Of a DNA stretch of 64,000 nucleotides, positions 44,777 through 54,448 are shown piece after piece (the first letter of the stretch is position 1; each line of letters opens with the position of its first letter). The stretch is from NCBI GenBank assembly GCA_050250435.1, contig JBFWOR010000011.1, forward strand, positions 41,561 to 105,560, in the 5' to 3' direction. The notes under the pieces were generated by a model. The model was given only the letters and a program-made list of their open reading frames with translations. It did not search any database and was not told the DNA's origin. A program made the position numbers and the translations under genes. This DNA comes from Pirellulales bacterium (GTDB taxonomy: Bacteria > Planctomycetota > Planctomycetia > Pirellulales > PALSA-1355).

Positions 44777-45358
44777 ATGTTATCTGCCCACCGCGCGTCG
44801 CGCTGCGCATTTACGCTCGTGGAGGCGATGGTCTCGACCGCGATCACCGTGATCGCCGGCAGCGCCGTGCTGTTGGGCATTGCCAGCGCAATTTCCACGG
44901 CGGACGACGTGCTGGCGCGCACGCAGGCGGCCGGCATGGCGGAGCAGCTCATGGACGAGATCGCTGCGCAGCGCTATTGCGAAAACGAGTCCGCCCCCTA
45001 CGAGTATCCGCTCGGGCCGCAAGGCGCCGCGCGCCCGCAGTTCAACGATCTCGATGACTACGCAGGTCTCGTGTCGCAGCCGCCTCTAGATCGCTTCGGC
45101 GTCGCCCTGGGAACCGGCAACGAAGAGGGAGGCCAGCGAGATCCCCATTTTTGCGCGGGCGCGAACGACTTTGCACAGTGGCAACAGAACGTTTCGGTCT
45201 ATTACGTCGACGCGGCGAATCCTGCGCAAGCCTTGCCGGCCGGACAGACCAGCGACATGCGCGCGGTCGAGGTGACGATCAGTCGCGTGGAAAGCAGCGG
45301 GGCGGCGCGACCCTTGGCGAAACTGCGACGGGTGTTCAGCTATGTGCCCATTCAATAG
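44777..45358 (+). CDS. Minor pilin/pseudopilin-like protein (prepilin-type N-terminus)
   Basis: ATG at 44777. MLSAHRASRCAFTLVEAMVSTAITVIAGSAVLLGI has the (A/G)FTLxE methylation motif plus a hydrophobic helix. 193 aa. Confidence 0.75.
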   Translation: MLSAHRASRCAFTLVEAMVSTAITVIAGSAVLLGIASAISTADDVLARTQAAGMAEQLMDEIAAQRYCENESAPYEYPLGPQGAARPQFNDLDDYAGLVSQPPLDRFGVALGTGNEEGGQRDPHFCAGANDFAQWQQNVSVYYVDAANPAQALPAGQTSDMRAVEVTISRVESSGAARPLAKLRRVFSYVPIQ

Positions 45359-46178
45359 TGCCAGCCGCGACCATCTCCGCCGCCGCGTGCGCGCTGGGCG
45401 GCGCGCGGTGAGCCTGATCGAAATGATGCTGGCCGTGGCCGTGCTGGCGCTGATGGCCGGCGCGCTCGGCATGCTTACGCAAGCGGTGCGTGTCAGCACG
45501 GCCTATGCCGACGGCACCACCGCCGCCACGCAGCACGCGCGCGTGGCGCTGTACCGCATCGACACGGCGGTGTCGCTGAGTTTTGCGAACGAGACATTCC
45601 CCGGCGCCATGGTCTTCGCGGCGACCGTCGGCGGCTACACCTATCCCGACACCCTGGTGGTCTGGCGGCCTGCGGCGGAACCGGCCGCTCCCGGCGGGCT
45701 GCCCCGGTTCGACGAGATTGTGGTGTTCTGCCCCAATCCGAACGCGCCGCACGAGCTGCTGGAAATCACCGCCCCTAACGATACGCGAACCGTGCCGGAT
45801 ACCGGCGATCTGGCGACGTGGAACACGGAACTTGCGGCACTCAAGACCGGCGCCAACAGCAGCCGCGTGGTGCTGAGCGATCTGCTGCGGAGCGCCGCAC
45901 CCACCGGCGACCCGGCCGCGGCCCGCGGCGCCGTGCGCTTTGCCGTCGACTTGCGACCCACCGCCGCGGACTGGAACAGCTTTCGCGCGGCGACGCTGGC
46001 CTTCGCCAGCCTGTCCTGGCCGCAATCGGTATACGGCGCGAAAGCCGGGCTGCGACAAACGCGCGTGAGCTGCGAATTGCAGCTGGTCTGCGCGCGCAGC
46101 GGCGCGGCCGATCGCGCCACACTGCCTCCGCTGACGTTCTTTGGCTCGGCGACCGGCTACGGAGAGCTGCGACAATGA
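45342..46178 (+). CDS. Minor pilin/pseudopilin-like protein
   Basis: 278 aa. 17-nt overlap with the upstream gene. RRAVSLIEMMLAVAVLALMAGALGML is a pilin-like N-terminal helix with E at +5. Confidence 0.7.
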   Translation: MCPFNSASRDHLRRRVRAGRRAVSLIEMMLAVAVLALMAGALGMLTQAVRVSTAYADGTTAATQHARVALYRIDTAVSLSFANETFPGAMVFAATVGGYTYPDTLVVWRPAAEPAAPGGLPRFDEIVVFCPNPNAPHELLEITAPNDTRTVPDTGDLATWNTELAALKTGANSSRVVLSDLLRSAAPTGDPAAARGAVRFAVDLRPTAADWNSFRAATLAFASLSWPQSVYGAKAGLRQTRVSCELQLVCARSGAADRATLPPLTFFGSATGYGELRQ

Positions 46179-47998
46179 GCCATAGCGCCCATCATCGTCG
46201 TCGCTGCAGCGCGTCCGGCCGGCGCGCGGGCATCACCGTGCTGGTCGTGCTGGCCTTGGTCTCGGTCGCGCTGGCCATGTCGTACGCCATACTGTGCTCG
46301 CAAATGAGCGCCATTCATTTGCAGAGCAATAGCGATCGTGGTCATCAGGCCGAACAAGCCGCACTGGCCGGGATGAGCGCCGCGCTGCGCGCCGTGCGGT
46401 TGTCGAACTGGTCGGGCGTGGCTGCGCCCTTGAACGCGTCGATCAGCGCCACGGATGCCTACAGCGTGACGTACACGGCAGGCGACGCGTCGCTCACGCC
46501 CAGCGACCCCGACTATGCGAAGTATCCCTACCGTCTCACAGTGACTTCGACGGGCACTTCGGTCGATCCGGCGCAACCTACCGTCGTGGCCACGCATCGG
46601 GTGCAAGCCGTGCTAGAGCTGGTTCCGCGCAAGCTCGATCCAGGGCCGGCGAACTGGTCGACGATGGCGGCGTATACGATCTACCAGATGACCAACACCG
46701 ACGTTTTCCTGGCGCTGCCGTGTCACATCGAGGGACCGGCGCGGTTGGCGAGCCCGTTGCGAATGGCCGACGCGTATTCCTGGCATGCCGGCTCGCGCTC
46801 TCGGTATTTCAGCGATCTGAATCTCATGCGCTCGGGCGCCAACGAAGTACAAACGGTCACGCGCTCGGGCACCAGCGGCGGCACCTTCACACTCTCATTC
46901 AACGGCGCAACCACCGCTCCCATCGTGTGGAGCTCATCGACGTCGACCGTGCAAACGCGGCTGCAGAGCCTGGCTACGATTGGCAGCGGCAACGCCACCG
47001 TTGGCGGCAGTCCGGGCAGTTGGACGGTCACCTTCGGCGGCACGCTGGCCGCGACCGACGTGGCGACGCTCAGCGCGAACATTGCCGGCTTGAGCGGTCC
47101 GGCGCCGGCCATCAATGTGGCCACGACCATCCCAGGCGGACCCGGCACGGCCGACTACCGGCCCTTCAGCGGCCCCGTTTCGATGCCCACGTCGCTTACC
47201 GATTCCACGAACCTGGGACTGTTGACCAATGAACTGGGGCTCAGCGTCAACGACATCGTGACGAACGCGGAAGCGTTTCCTAGCCTCGGCAGCGTGGCCA
47301 CCTACCGCCTGTATCCGGGCGGGCCGCAGTACAACCTGGCACAACTGCCGGCAAGCGTTTCGAACACCACGTTGACGCCGGACCCCGTGACGAATCCCTT
47401 GGGCCTGTATTACGCCAGCTCGAGCTCCTCGCTGGGCAACAACGTCACCATTCGCGGCACAGTGATCACCGGCGTGGACCTGAACATCACGGGCACCAAC
47501 GTGCTCATCGATCCGCACGACTTGCAGCCGCTCGACGGCACCACCAGCGCCGTGCGGCTGCCCAGCGTGATCGCTTTGGACGACCTGACGGTCGCCGGCG
47601 GCGCGCAAGCCACTATCAACGGCGTGGTCTGCGTGGGCGACGATTTTGTGGTCGACGAGGGAACCGAGGGCACGTCGCTCAGCGTGCAGGGCCGCGTCAT
47701 CGCCTCAGGCGATATCACCATCGGTTGTCGCAGCGAGTGGAAGAACTACGCTAGCGGCCAATGGGACACGTTCTACGCCGATTTTCAAGCGCAATTGAGC
47801 CTGCCCGGGGCGGTCTCCTTTTTTCCCATGTGGATGTCGGCCGCGCAAGGCCGAAACTATGTTCCGAATATCACCCTCCGCCCGGCCAGCGACAGCAGCG
47901 TGTCGCAATGGCAGAACCTGTCGCAGCCCGTCTATGCCGTGCTGGAGGGAGACAGCGGTTTGCACTGGGACCTGGTGAGTTGGACCGACAGACTGTAA
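46175..47998 (+). CDS. Large (607 aa) pilin-like / GspK-position protein
   Basis: ATG at 46175 overlaps the upstream stop (ATGA). RRAGITVLVVLALVSVALAMSYAIL is an N-terminal helix without the conserved Glu, as in GspK/PilX-type tip subunits. A long beta-rich body follows. Confidence 0.7.
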   Translation: MSHSAHHRRRCSASGRRAGITVLVVLALVSVALAMSYAILCSQMSAIHLQSNSDRGHQAEQAALAGMSAALRAVRLSNWSGVAAPLNASISATDAYSVTYTAGDASLTPSDPDYAKYPYRLTVTSTGTSVDPAQPTVVATHRVQAVLELVPRKLDPGPANWSTMAAYTIYQMTNTDVFLALPCHIEGPARLASPLRMADAYSWHAGSRSRYFSDLNLMRSGANEVQTVTRSGTSGGTFTLSFNGATTAPIVWSSSTSTVQTRLQSLATIGSGNATVGGSPGSWTVTFGGTLAATDVATLSANIAGLSGPAPAINVATTIPGGPGTADYRPFSGPVSMPTSLTDSTNLGLLTNELGLSVNDIVTNAEAFPSLGSVATYRLYPGGPQYNLAQLPASVSNTTLTPDPVTNPLGLYYASSSSSLGNNVTIRGTVITGVDLNITGTNVLIDPHDLQPLDGTTSAVRLPSVIALDDLTVAGGAQATINGVVCVGDDFVVDEGTEGTSLSVQGRVIASGDITIGCRSEWKNYASGQWDTFYADFQAQLSLPGAVSFFPMWMSAAQGRNYVPNITLRPASDSSVSQWQNLSQPVYAVLEGDSGLHWDLVSWTDRL

Positions 47999-48019
47999 CC
48001 CATTTGTGGAGTACTAGAT

Positions 48020-48265
48020 ATGAAACGCGATACCGGCTTGCGGTGGGCCCTGCTCATCGCCGCCAATGTGGCCGTGTGGTGCGTGCTAAGCTTGCAACAG
48101 AGCCTGGGCGCCAATAACCAAACAACCGTTGCAGGCACTTCGATCGCCACGCAACAACGCGCGGAAATGATCAGCCAGCTCAAAGAAATCAAAACGTCCA
48201 TTAACATCCTCGTGCAATACCGGCGCAACCAGTCGCTGCCGGAGCCGGATCCGATTCAGCCCTAA
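48020..48265 (+). CDS. Small single-pass membrane protein (81 aa)
   Basis: MKRDTGLRWALLIAANVAVWCVLSL, then a coiled segment. It sits inside the pilin gene string and no family is recognised. Confidence 0.5.
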   Translation: MKRDTGLRWALLIAANVAVWCVLSLQQSLGANNQTTVAGTSIATQQRAEMISQLKEIKTSINILVQYRRNQSLPEPDPIQP

Positions 48266-48269
48266 ATCC

Positions 48270-48866
48270 ATGTTCGTCACCAGCCACTCATCGCGCAGGG
48301 CGTTCACGCTTTTGGAAGTGTTGATCGTGCTGGCTGTGCTGGGGGTGCTGGCGGCGCTGTTGATTCCGAGTACGAATCCCGACGCGTACGCCCGGCTCGA
48401 GATGGCGGCGGCCGCGGTGGGTCGCGATATCGAGTACGCGCGCAGCCTGGCCATCACCCACGACGACAACTACCGAATCGACTTCGACCTGGCGAACAAC
48501 CGTTGGACGCTGGTGCACAGCGGCTCGAACTCGGCACTCAACACCCTGCCGATCACGCCGCTGCATCCGGCCACCGATTCGCCCGATCAACAGACGACGA
48601 CGCTCGGGGAGTTGCCCGGGGTAGGCGGCACCACGCGGTTGCACGCCGTGTGGGCGCTGGCCGTGCCGCCGCAAACGATCACCGACATCGAGTTCGAGCC
48701 GTTGGGTGAAACAACGCGCAGCGAGCCGACCCTGGTCTGGCTGGCAACCGGCACGGGCGACAGCACACGTTACCTTTCGGTCCGAATCAACCCGGTAACT
48801 GGACTCTATTGGATCGAAGGTTTTCGCGCCACGGAACCCAGCCCGGCCACGTACACGATTCCTTGA
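48270..48866 (+). CDS. GspH/FimT-like pseudopilin
   Basis: MFVTSHSSRRAFTLLEVLIVLAVLGVLAALLIPS is a prepilin motif. ARLEMAAAAVGRDIEYARSLAI resembles the GspH helix-then-beta layout. 198 aa. Confidence 0.75.
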   Translation: MFVTSHSSRRAFTLLEVLIVLAVLGVLAALLIPSTNPDAYARLEMAAAAVGRDIEYARSLAITHDDNYRIDFDLANNRWTLVHSGSNSALNTLPITPLHPATDSPDQQTTTLGELPGVGGTTRLHAVWALAVPPQTITDIEFEPLGETTRSEPTLVWLATGTGDSTRYLSVRINPVTGLYWIEGFRATEPSPATYTIP

Positions 48867-48892
48867 CGAACGGAACCCCCAGCGGGCACGCC

Positions 48893-49951
48893 ATGGTCAC
48901 TTTCCTAGGTCAGAAGCGTCACGGGCCGATCGGCCTCGAGCTTGGCGGCCGCGCCGTGCAGATGATGCAATTCTCGGCCGACCACGACCGCTTGCTGGAG
49001 AGCGTGCGCTGGGAGCTGCCGTTGGCGAGAGCGGAGGAAACGCCGGCGGCGCGCCGGGAGCGCCAGGTCGAGGCCCTCGAACAGGCCCAGCAGGGGCGCA
49101 AATTCCGCGGCCGCGACGTCGTCGCCTGCCTGAGCGCCAGCGACCTGTTCGTGCAGAACATCCGCGTCCCCAAAGGACCGCTGGCAGAGCTGGCCAACCT
49201 GGTGCAGCAGGAAGCCGCCTCACGCTTGCCGTTCCCCGCGGCCGAAGCCGATGTCCGTTTTGTCTGCGCCGGCGAAGTTCGGCAAGGCGATCAGATCCGT
49301 CGCGAGATCATTCTGCTGGCGTGTCACCGGCCGGTGATCGACGAAATGCTGGCCACGATCGACGCCGCCGACTTGCGCGCCGTGGCCATCGACGTCGAGC
49401 CGGCGGCGCTACTGCGCGCCTACGTTAAGCAATTCCGCCGCGACGACGACCAGTCGAAACGCGTCATGTTCGTGCGACTCGGGGCCGCCAACACCACGGT
49501 CGTTATTGCCCAAGGCACGGCCGTCTATTTTGTCAAATACATCGACGTGGGCGGCGATCACATGGACCGGGCCGTTGCCGAGCACCTCAAGATCTCGCCC
49601 GAGGAGGCCAGCACGCTACGTGCCAACAATGGCGACCGCCGCGCGGATCAGCAAGACCCGGAAATCGCCGCCAGCGTGGCGGAAGCGACGCGCGGCGTGA
49701 TCGAGCGGTTGCTGACCGAACTGTCGCTCTGTCTGCGGTATCACAGCGTGGCCTTTCGCGGGCAAGCGATCGACCGCGTGGTGCTGGGCGGTGCCGACGC
49801 GACGCAAGCCTTGGCCGAGTCGCTGGGACCGCGCCTGGACTTGAAATGTCACCTGGGCGATCCGCTGCGTAGTTTCGAGGCGCCGCTGCCGGCGCGGCGC
49901 CCGCAATGGGACGTCACGGCCGGGCTGGCGCTGCGCAACTTGACGAACTGA
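48893..49951 (+). CDS. pilM: Type IV pilus assembly protein PilM (actin-like ATPase fold)
   Basis: ATG at 48893. IGLELGGRAVQMMQ, AIDVEPAALLRAY, VRLGAANTTVVI, IDVGGDHMDRAV and VVLGGADA are actin-fold phosphate and adenosine motifs in PilM order. Confidence 0.85.
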   Translation: MVTFLGQKRHGPIGLELGGRAVQMMQFSADHDRLLESVRWELPLARAEETPAARRERQVEALEQAQQGRKFRGRDVVACLSASDLFVQNIRVPKGPLAELANLVQQEAASRLPFPAAEADVRFVCAGEVRQGDQIRREIILLACHRPVIDEMLATIDAADLRAVAIDVEPAALLRAYVKQFRRDDDQSKRVMFVRLGAANTTVVIAQGTAVYFVKYIDVGGDHMDRAVAEHLKISPEEASTLRANNGDRRADQQDPEIAASVAEATRGVIERLLTELSLCLRYHSVAFRGQAIDRVVLGGADATQALAESLGPRLDLKCHLGDPLRSFEAPLPARRPQWDVTAGLALRNLTN

Positions 49952-49962
49952 GGCACGCCAAC

Positions 49963-50739
49963 GTGGCACGCGAGTTGAACTCACTGGTCGAGATCGATTT
50001 CCTGCCCGTCGCGTATCGCGAGCGGGGCATGCAGCGCCGCGCCTACGCGTGGCGCGTGGCGGCAGCGGTGGCGATTGTTGCCTTCCTCGGCGCCACCACG
50101 CTGTGGCAGCGCACGCATCATGCCCATGTGCTCGAGCGGCTTGCGGACATCGAATCCCAATTCGCCGACGCGGCTGCCAAGAACGCGCACCTCAAGGCGG
50201 CCACCATCGGGCTGGAAAGCGAACGCAAAACGGCCGAACTCCTCACGTTCTTGCGCCATCCCTGGCCGCGCACCCGCGTGTTGTCCGGCATCCTGGGGCC
50301 TTTGCCTGCGGATATTGCCTTAAACGAGCTGCACTTGGGTCACGAGACCATTGCGCGAACCGACAAGCCGGCCGTCGCGCTGCCCGAGACCAAGACGGCG
50401 CCGACCGACAAGGCTTCGCAACAGGCTGCCGACCTGGAACGTCTGTTGCGCGAGCACGGCGAACGCGAAGACTACGCTGATCTCCAGGGTGAAGCGGGCG
50501 ACGCGGCCACGCTGCATGAATACCTGGCGCGGCTCGGAACCGATCCGCTGTTCGATCGTGTCGACCTGCGCTCGCTCGAACACGCGCCGCCAAACGCGGC
50601 CGGCGAGCCGGGCCCAGTTCGTTTTTCCGTGCGCATTGTCCTGCGCGCAGCGCACGGCCAGGCCATCGACAGCCCGACCACGCCGCCGGCCGCCACCCAA
50701 TCCGCCGCGCCCTTGGCGCAGCGAGGAGGCACGCCGTGA
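49963..50739 (+). CDS. pilN: PilN-like bitopic inner-membrane protein
   Basis: GTG at 49963, 12 nt after the pilM stop. EIDFLPVAYRER is the conserved PilM-binding N-terminal peptide type. TM helix WRVAAAVAIVAFLGATTLW, then a coiled coil. Confidence 0.65.
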   Translation: MARELNSLVEIDFLPVAYRERGMQRRAYAWRVAAAVAIVAFLGATTLWQRTHHAHVLERLADIESQFADAAAKNAHLKAATIGLESERKTAELLTFLRHPWPRTRVLSGILGPLPADIALNELHLGHETIARTDKPAVALPETKTAPTDKASQQAADLERLLREHGEREDYADLQGEAGDAATLHEYLARLGTDPLFDRVDLRSLEHAPPNAAGEPGPVRFSVRIVLRAAHGQAIDSPTTPPAATQSAAPLAQRGGTP

Positions 50740-51296
50740 GCAGCCTCACCCGAATTCGCATGACGCGGGCCAATTGGTTGGTGATCGGCGTGGTGGCGGT
50801 TGCCGCCGTGGCGTTCATGAGCCTGGTGTTCGTGCCGCAGATGCGCGCCATCTCGCGCTCGATCGACGAGCTCGACAGTAAGCTCGCCTTTGTGCTCGAG
50901 GCGCAGAAGTCGGCGCGGACCACCGAATTGATCGAGCGCCAACGCGCGGAGATGCAAGCCTATATCAACCGCTACGACGACCAACTGCTCGAACAAGACG
51001 ACCTGCCCGACTTGTTCCGGCAGGTGAGCCAGTTCGCCAAGTCGCACGACGCAGTCACCACGCGATTCGAGCCGCATCCGCCCGTGCCATTGCGGAGCAT
51101 GCGGATGACGCCGCTCAGCCTGGGCGTTAGCGGGCCGCTGGCTTCCATCCACGGCTTGCTGCACGAGTTGGAATCGCTGCCGGTGCGGATTTGGGTAGAC
51201 GACATGAAGCTGAAGGCGGCGCGCGAGCCTGGGAAAGCTGCGGAGTGTGACCTCCATTTGGTCGTCTTTATCGATAATCCCGAAAAAACCGATTAG
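50736..51296 (+). CDS. pilO: PilO-like bitopic inner-membrane protein
   Basis: GTG at 50736 overlaps the upstream stop (GTGA). TM helix WLVIGVVAVAAVAFMSLVFV, a coiled coil, then a ferredoxin-like C-terminal domain pattern. Confidence 0.6.
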   Translation: MSSLTRIRMTRANWLVIGVVAVAAVAFMSLVFVPQMRAISRSIDELDSKLAFVLEAQKSARTTELIERQRAEMQAYINRYDDQLLEQDDLPDLFRQVSQFAKSHDAVTTRFEPHPPVPLRSMRMTPLSLGVSGPLASIHGLLHELESLPVRIWVDDMKLKAAREPGKAAECDLHLVVFIDNPEKTD

Positions 51297-51368
51297 TCGA
51301 ACTGTGCCGGCAACCGATAGAAGATGGACTGAACGTTCACAGGTCTTGCATGCGGCGAGGAGCCGTTG

Positions 51369-52139
51369 ATGTCGTTCGTCGCTCGATTGCAACGCGAAAT
51401 CAAGGCCCACCCGGCCAAAGGAGCCGGCCTGGGAGTGCTGTTGATCGTGGCGGCCTATTTCTGGGCGCCGCTCGTGCGTGGACTGATTGCACCCGAGGAC
51501 GCAGCGTCCGAACCGTCGCCGACGCCTGCTAGCACTGCCGCGGCACCGGCCACCACAACCAGCACGCCGAGCGCACCGGCGCCGGCGACCGCCGCCGGAG
51601 CGGCAGCCTACGACTGGCGCAAGCACGCCAGCGCGCTCGACGGCGATCCCAACATGCAATCCACGGACGATCTGCCGCTACCGCGCGATCCCTTCGCCAG
51701 TGAAAAATCGGCCGAACAGAAAACAATCGAGGCCCAGGCGACTCAGCCGGCTGTCGAAGCAAAGCCGCTGACGCCCCAGGAAGCCGGGCTGGTGCTGACA
51801 ACCACCTTCCTGGGAACACGGAAGAAGATTGCCGAAATCGGCGGCGAGACGTACTCGGTGGGCGACCAGATCCACGTGGCAACCGACGAACACAACGAGT
51901 CGTTTCGCGTGCTGGCGATCTATCCGCGGCGCGTGATTTTGGAAGGCCGCGGGCAGCAATTCGAGTTGCGCATTCCGCGGCCGCTAATCGACAGCGTGGA
52001 AGAGACGCGCACGAGTCGTCACGAGTTGCCCCCCGCTGAGGAAGAGGCGACGGGCGAGACGGAAGAAGACTTGTTCGGCGAGCCCCCCGCGGAGCGCCCA
52101 ACGGATTCGCCGCGCACGCCACAGGAGTTGACCGACTAG
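51369..52139 (+). CDS. PilP-position membrane-anchored protein
   Basis: TM helix GAGLGVLLIVAAYFWAPLV, a Pro/Ala/Thr linker, then the beta segment KKIAEIGGETYSVGDQIHVATDEHNESFRVLAIYPRRVILEG, reminiscent of the PilP/GspC HR domain. Confidence 0.5.
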   Translation: MSFVARLQREIKAHPAKGAGLGVLLIVAAYFWAPLVRGLIAPEDAASEPSPTPASTAAAPATTTSTPSAPAPATAAGAAAYDWRKHASALDGDPNMQSTDDLPLPRDPFASEKSAEQKTIEAQATQPAVEAKPLTPQEAGLVLTTTFLGTRKKIAEIGGETYSVGDQIHVATDEHNESFRVLAIYPRRVILEGRGQQFELRIPRPLIDSVEETRTSRHELPPAEEEATGETEEDLFGEPPAERPTDSPRTPQELTD

Positions 52140-52195
52140 CCGCCACGCCAATCCACGCCGCTGGCGGCGAAAGTACGCAACGATCACGGACGATC

Positions 52196-54448
52196 ATGGG
52201 CAGTGTCTTCAAATTCCTGGCGTTGGTCTTGTTTGCCGCCGGCGGCGTCGCCGTCGCTATGGCGCTGGCGACGCTGTTGCCCGAGACCGGATCGGGCAAT
52301 GCGCCGGCGTCGCCCATCGCCGCGGCGGTCGTCCAGCGCGCGGCAACTGCTCCCGAGTCGCCATCGCCTGAGGTAGGGCCGACTACCGCGGCCGCGGAGG
52401 CGACGCTGAATTCACCCGGCATCGAGCCGCCGCACGGCGAGTTTGCGGCGCAAATTTCGCCGCCGCCACAGGCCTCGCCAAACAAGTCCGCCGAAAAGCC
52501 GTTGATCTCACTGGCACAGAACGATCAGACTCCGGAGATTCCCGGACTGGGCGACATCGGCAAAGCCGTGTTGCAGGAAGTTCTGAAACAGCAGGTCCCG
52601 CTCGACAATCTCGAAAAGCAGCGCGAGCAAAATGGCGCCGGCAACCAGTCCGCGCCGCCCATCCCGCATCCGCCCGGCGAGGACGAAGAAGAAGGCGAGA
52701 GCACTGGAGCACCGGGCACGTCGCCCCAGCAGCAGCGAACCGCCGCTCCGTTGCCCTCGGAATTCAAAGTCACCAAAGTGCCCGGCGAGGGAGACGATCG
52801 CCTGAGCGTGCACATTCAGAACAAAGACTTGCGCGAAGTGCTCGATTTCCTCGGCGAGCATGGCGACCTGAGCATCCTGGCCAGTCCCAGCGTGCAAGGA
52901 CTCGTTTCCGTATCGCTCACCGACGTGACGATCGATCAGGCGCTGTCCGCGATTCTGAAATCCACCGGCTACACCTGCCGGCGCGAGGGCAAGTTCGTGT
53001 ACGTGGGCACACCGCAGGACATCCAATCGATGGTGCAGTCGGTCGACCGCATCGAAACGCGCGTCTACCGGCCGAACTACGTGAAGGCGGCCGATCTGCA
53101 ACCCTTGGTCACGCCGCTGCTGTCGCCGGCCGGCAGCGCCACGGCAGGTTCGTCCACCGTGGCCGTTTCGCCGCCTGCGCAGGTCGGCATCACTCCCGAT
53201 GACACTCAGGCCGGCGGCGACTCGTTTGCCGAGGGCGAAGTGCTGGTCGTGCGCGACTACATCGCCGTGCTCGACGAAATCGACCAGGTGGTGGCAGAGA
53301 TCGACAAGCGGCCCATGCAAGTGGCCATCGAGGCCATGCTGCTGAGCGTCGAGCTGAACGATAGCAACACGTTTGGCGTGGATTGGCAATTCCTGCGCGA
53401 TAAAGAGCACATTCGCTTTGCGGCCGGTTCGCCGCCCGCCAGCCTGGGCAACGTCACGTTCACGCAGGGCGGACTGAAGTTCGGCTTTCTCGACAGTTCG
53501 CTGGGCGTGTTCGTCGCGGCTCTGCAGACCATCGGCGATACCAACGTCATCGCCAGTCCGCGATTGATGTGCCTCAACAAGCAAAAGGCGGAAATCCTGA
53601 TCGGTCAGCAGTTGGGCTATGTCACCAAAACGCTCACTCAGACCACCACGGCCCAGACCGTGGAGTTTCTGGAGGTCGGCACGCAGTTGCGGCTGCGGCC
53701 GTTCATTTCCACCGACGGGCTGATCCGCATGGAAGTGCATCCCGAACTTTCCACCGGCAGCGTCGAAGTCAAAGAAGGATTCACGCTGCCCAACAAGCAG
53801 ACCACGCAGGTTACCACCAACATCATGGTTCGCGACGGCTGCACGGTGGTGATTGGCGGCCTGATGCAGGAAACCCTGGGCAACACGGGCAACCAGGTGC
53901 CGCTGATCGGCAGCGCGCCGGGCATCGGCTTCCTGTTTCGCACCCGCACCGGCACGCAAAAGCGTAACGAAATCATCGTGCTCATCACGCCGCACATCGT
54001 CTACGAGCCGGAAGCCTGCATCGAGGGCGACCAGGCCGCCGCCGATTTCCATCGTCAGCATGCCGTGTACAAAGACGAGTTCGTGCCGCTCAACTCGCGC
54101 TACGTGGGCCGCAAATTCTTCCGGCTTGCGCAGCGGGCCTGGGCCAACGGCGAGAAGAAGCCGGCGCTCCGCTTCATCAACATGGCCATCCATTTCGACC
54201 CGCAGAATCGCGCCGCCGTCGACTTGCGGGCCGACATCCTGGCCAACAACCAATGGGGACGGCAGTCGGGAATCACGCCCTTGCCGGTCGGTCCGCCGAC
54301 GCAAGCGCTCGACGGCGAAGCCATCGCCCCGTGGCTGCTGGACGATCTGGAGCAGGGGGCCGTGGGCGGTTACGAAGCACCGCACCCGCGCGATCCCGGC
54401 GCTCCCGAACGCGTCATCCGTGTAGTGCCCGGCTCGGAGTTCCGCTGA
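52196..54448 (+). CDS. Secretin (PilQ/GspD family) with C-terminal extension
   Basis: 750 aa. N-terminal STN/N0-like domain (VHIQNKDLREVLDFL...VSLTDVTIDQALSAILKSTGY), NolW-like repeats, and a secretin core (NVIASPRLMCLNKQKAEILIGQQ...VVIGGLMQE...QVPLIGSAPGIGFLFR...EIIVLITPHIV). About 150 aa follow the core. Confidence 0.9.
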   Translation: MGSVFKFLALVLFAAGGVAVAMALATLLPETGSGNAPASPIAAAVVQRAATAPESPSPEVGPTTAAAEATLNSPGIEPPHGEFAAQISPPPQASPNKSAEKPLISLAQNDQTPEIPGLGDIGKAVLQEVLKQQVPLDNLEKQREQNGAGNQSAPPIPHPPGEDEEEGESTGAPGTSPQQQRTAAPLPSEFKVTKVPGEGDDRLSVHIQNKDLREVLDFLGEHGDLSILASPSVQGLVSVSLTDVTIDQALSAILKSTGYTCRREGKFVYVGTPQDIQSMVQSVDRIETRVYRPNYVKAADLQPLVTPLLSPAGSATAGSSTVAVSPPAQVGITPDDTQAGGDSFAEGEVLVVRDYIAVLDEIDQVVAEIDKRPMQVAIEAMLLSVELNDSNTFGVDWQFLRDKEHIRFAAGSPPASLGNVTFTQGGLKFGFLDSSLGVFVAALQTIGDTNVIASPRLMCLNKQKAEILIGQQLGYVTKTLTQTTTAQTVEFLEVGTQLRLRPFISTDGLIRMEVHPELSTGSVEVKEGFTLPNKQTTQVTTNIMVRDGCTVVIGGLMQETLGNTGNQVPLIGSAPGIGFLFRTRTGTQKRNEIIVLITPHIVYEPEACIEGDQAAADFHRQHAVYKDEFVPLNSRYVGRKFFRLAQRAWANGEKKPALRFINMAIHFDPQNRAAVDLRADILANNQWGRQSGITPLPVGPPTQALDGEAIAPWLLDDLEQGAVGGYEAPHPRDPGAPERVIRVVPGSEFR

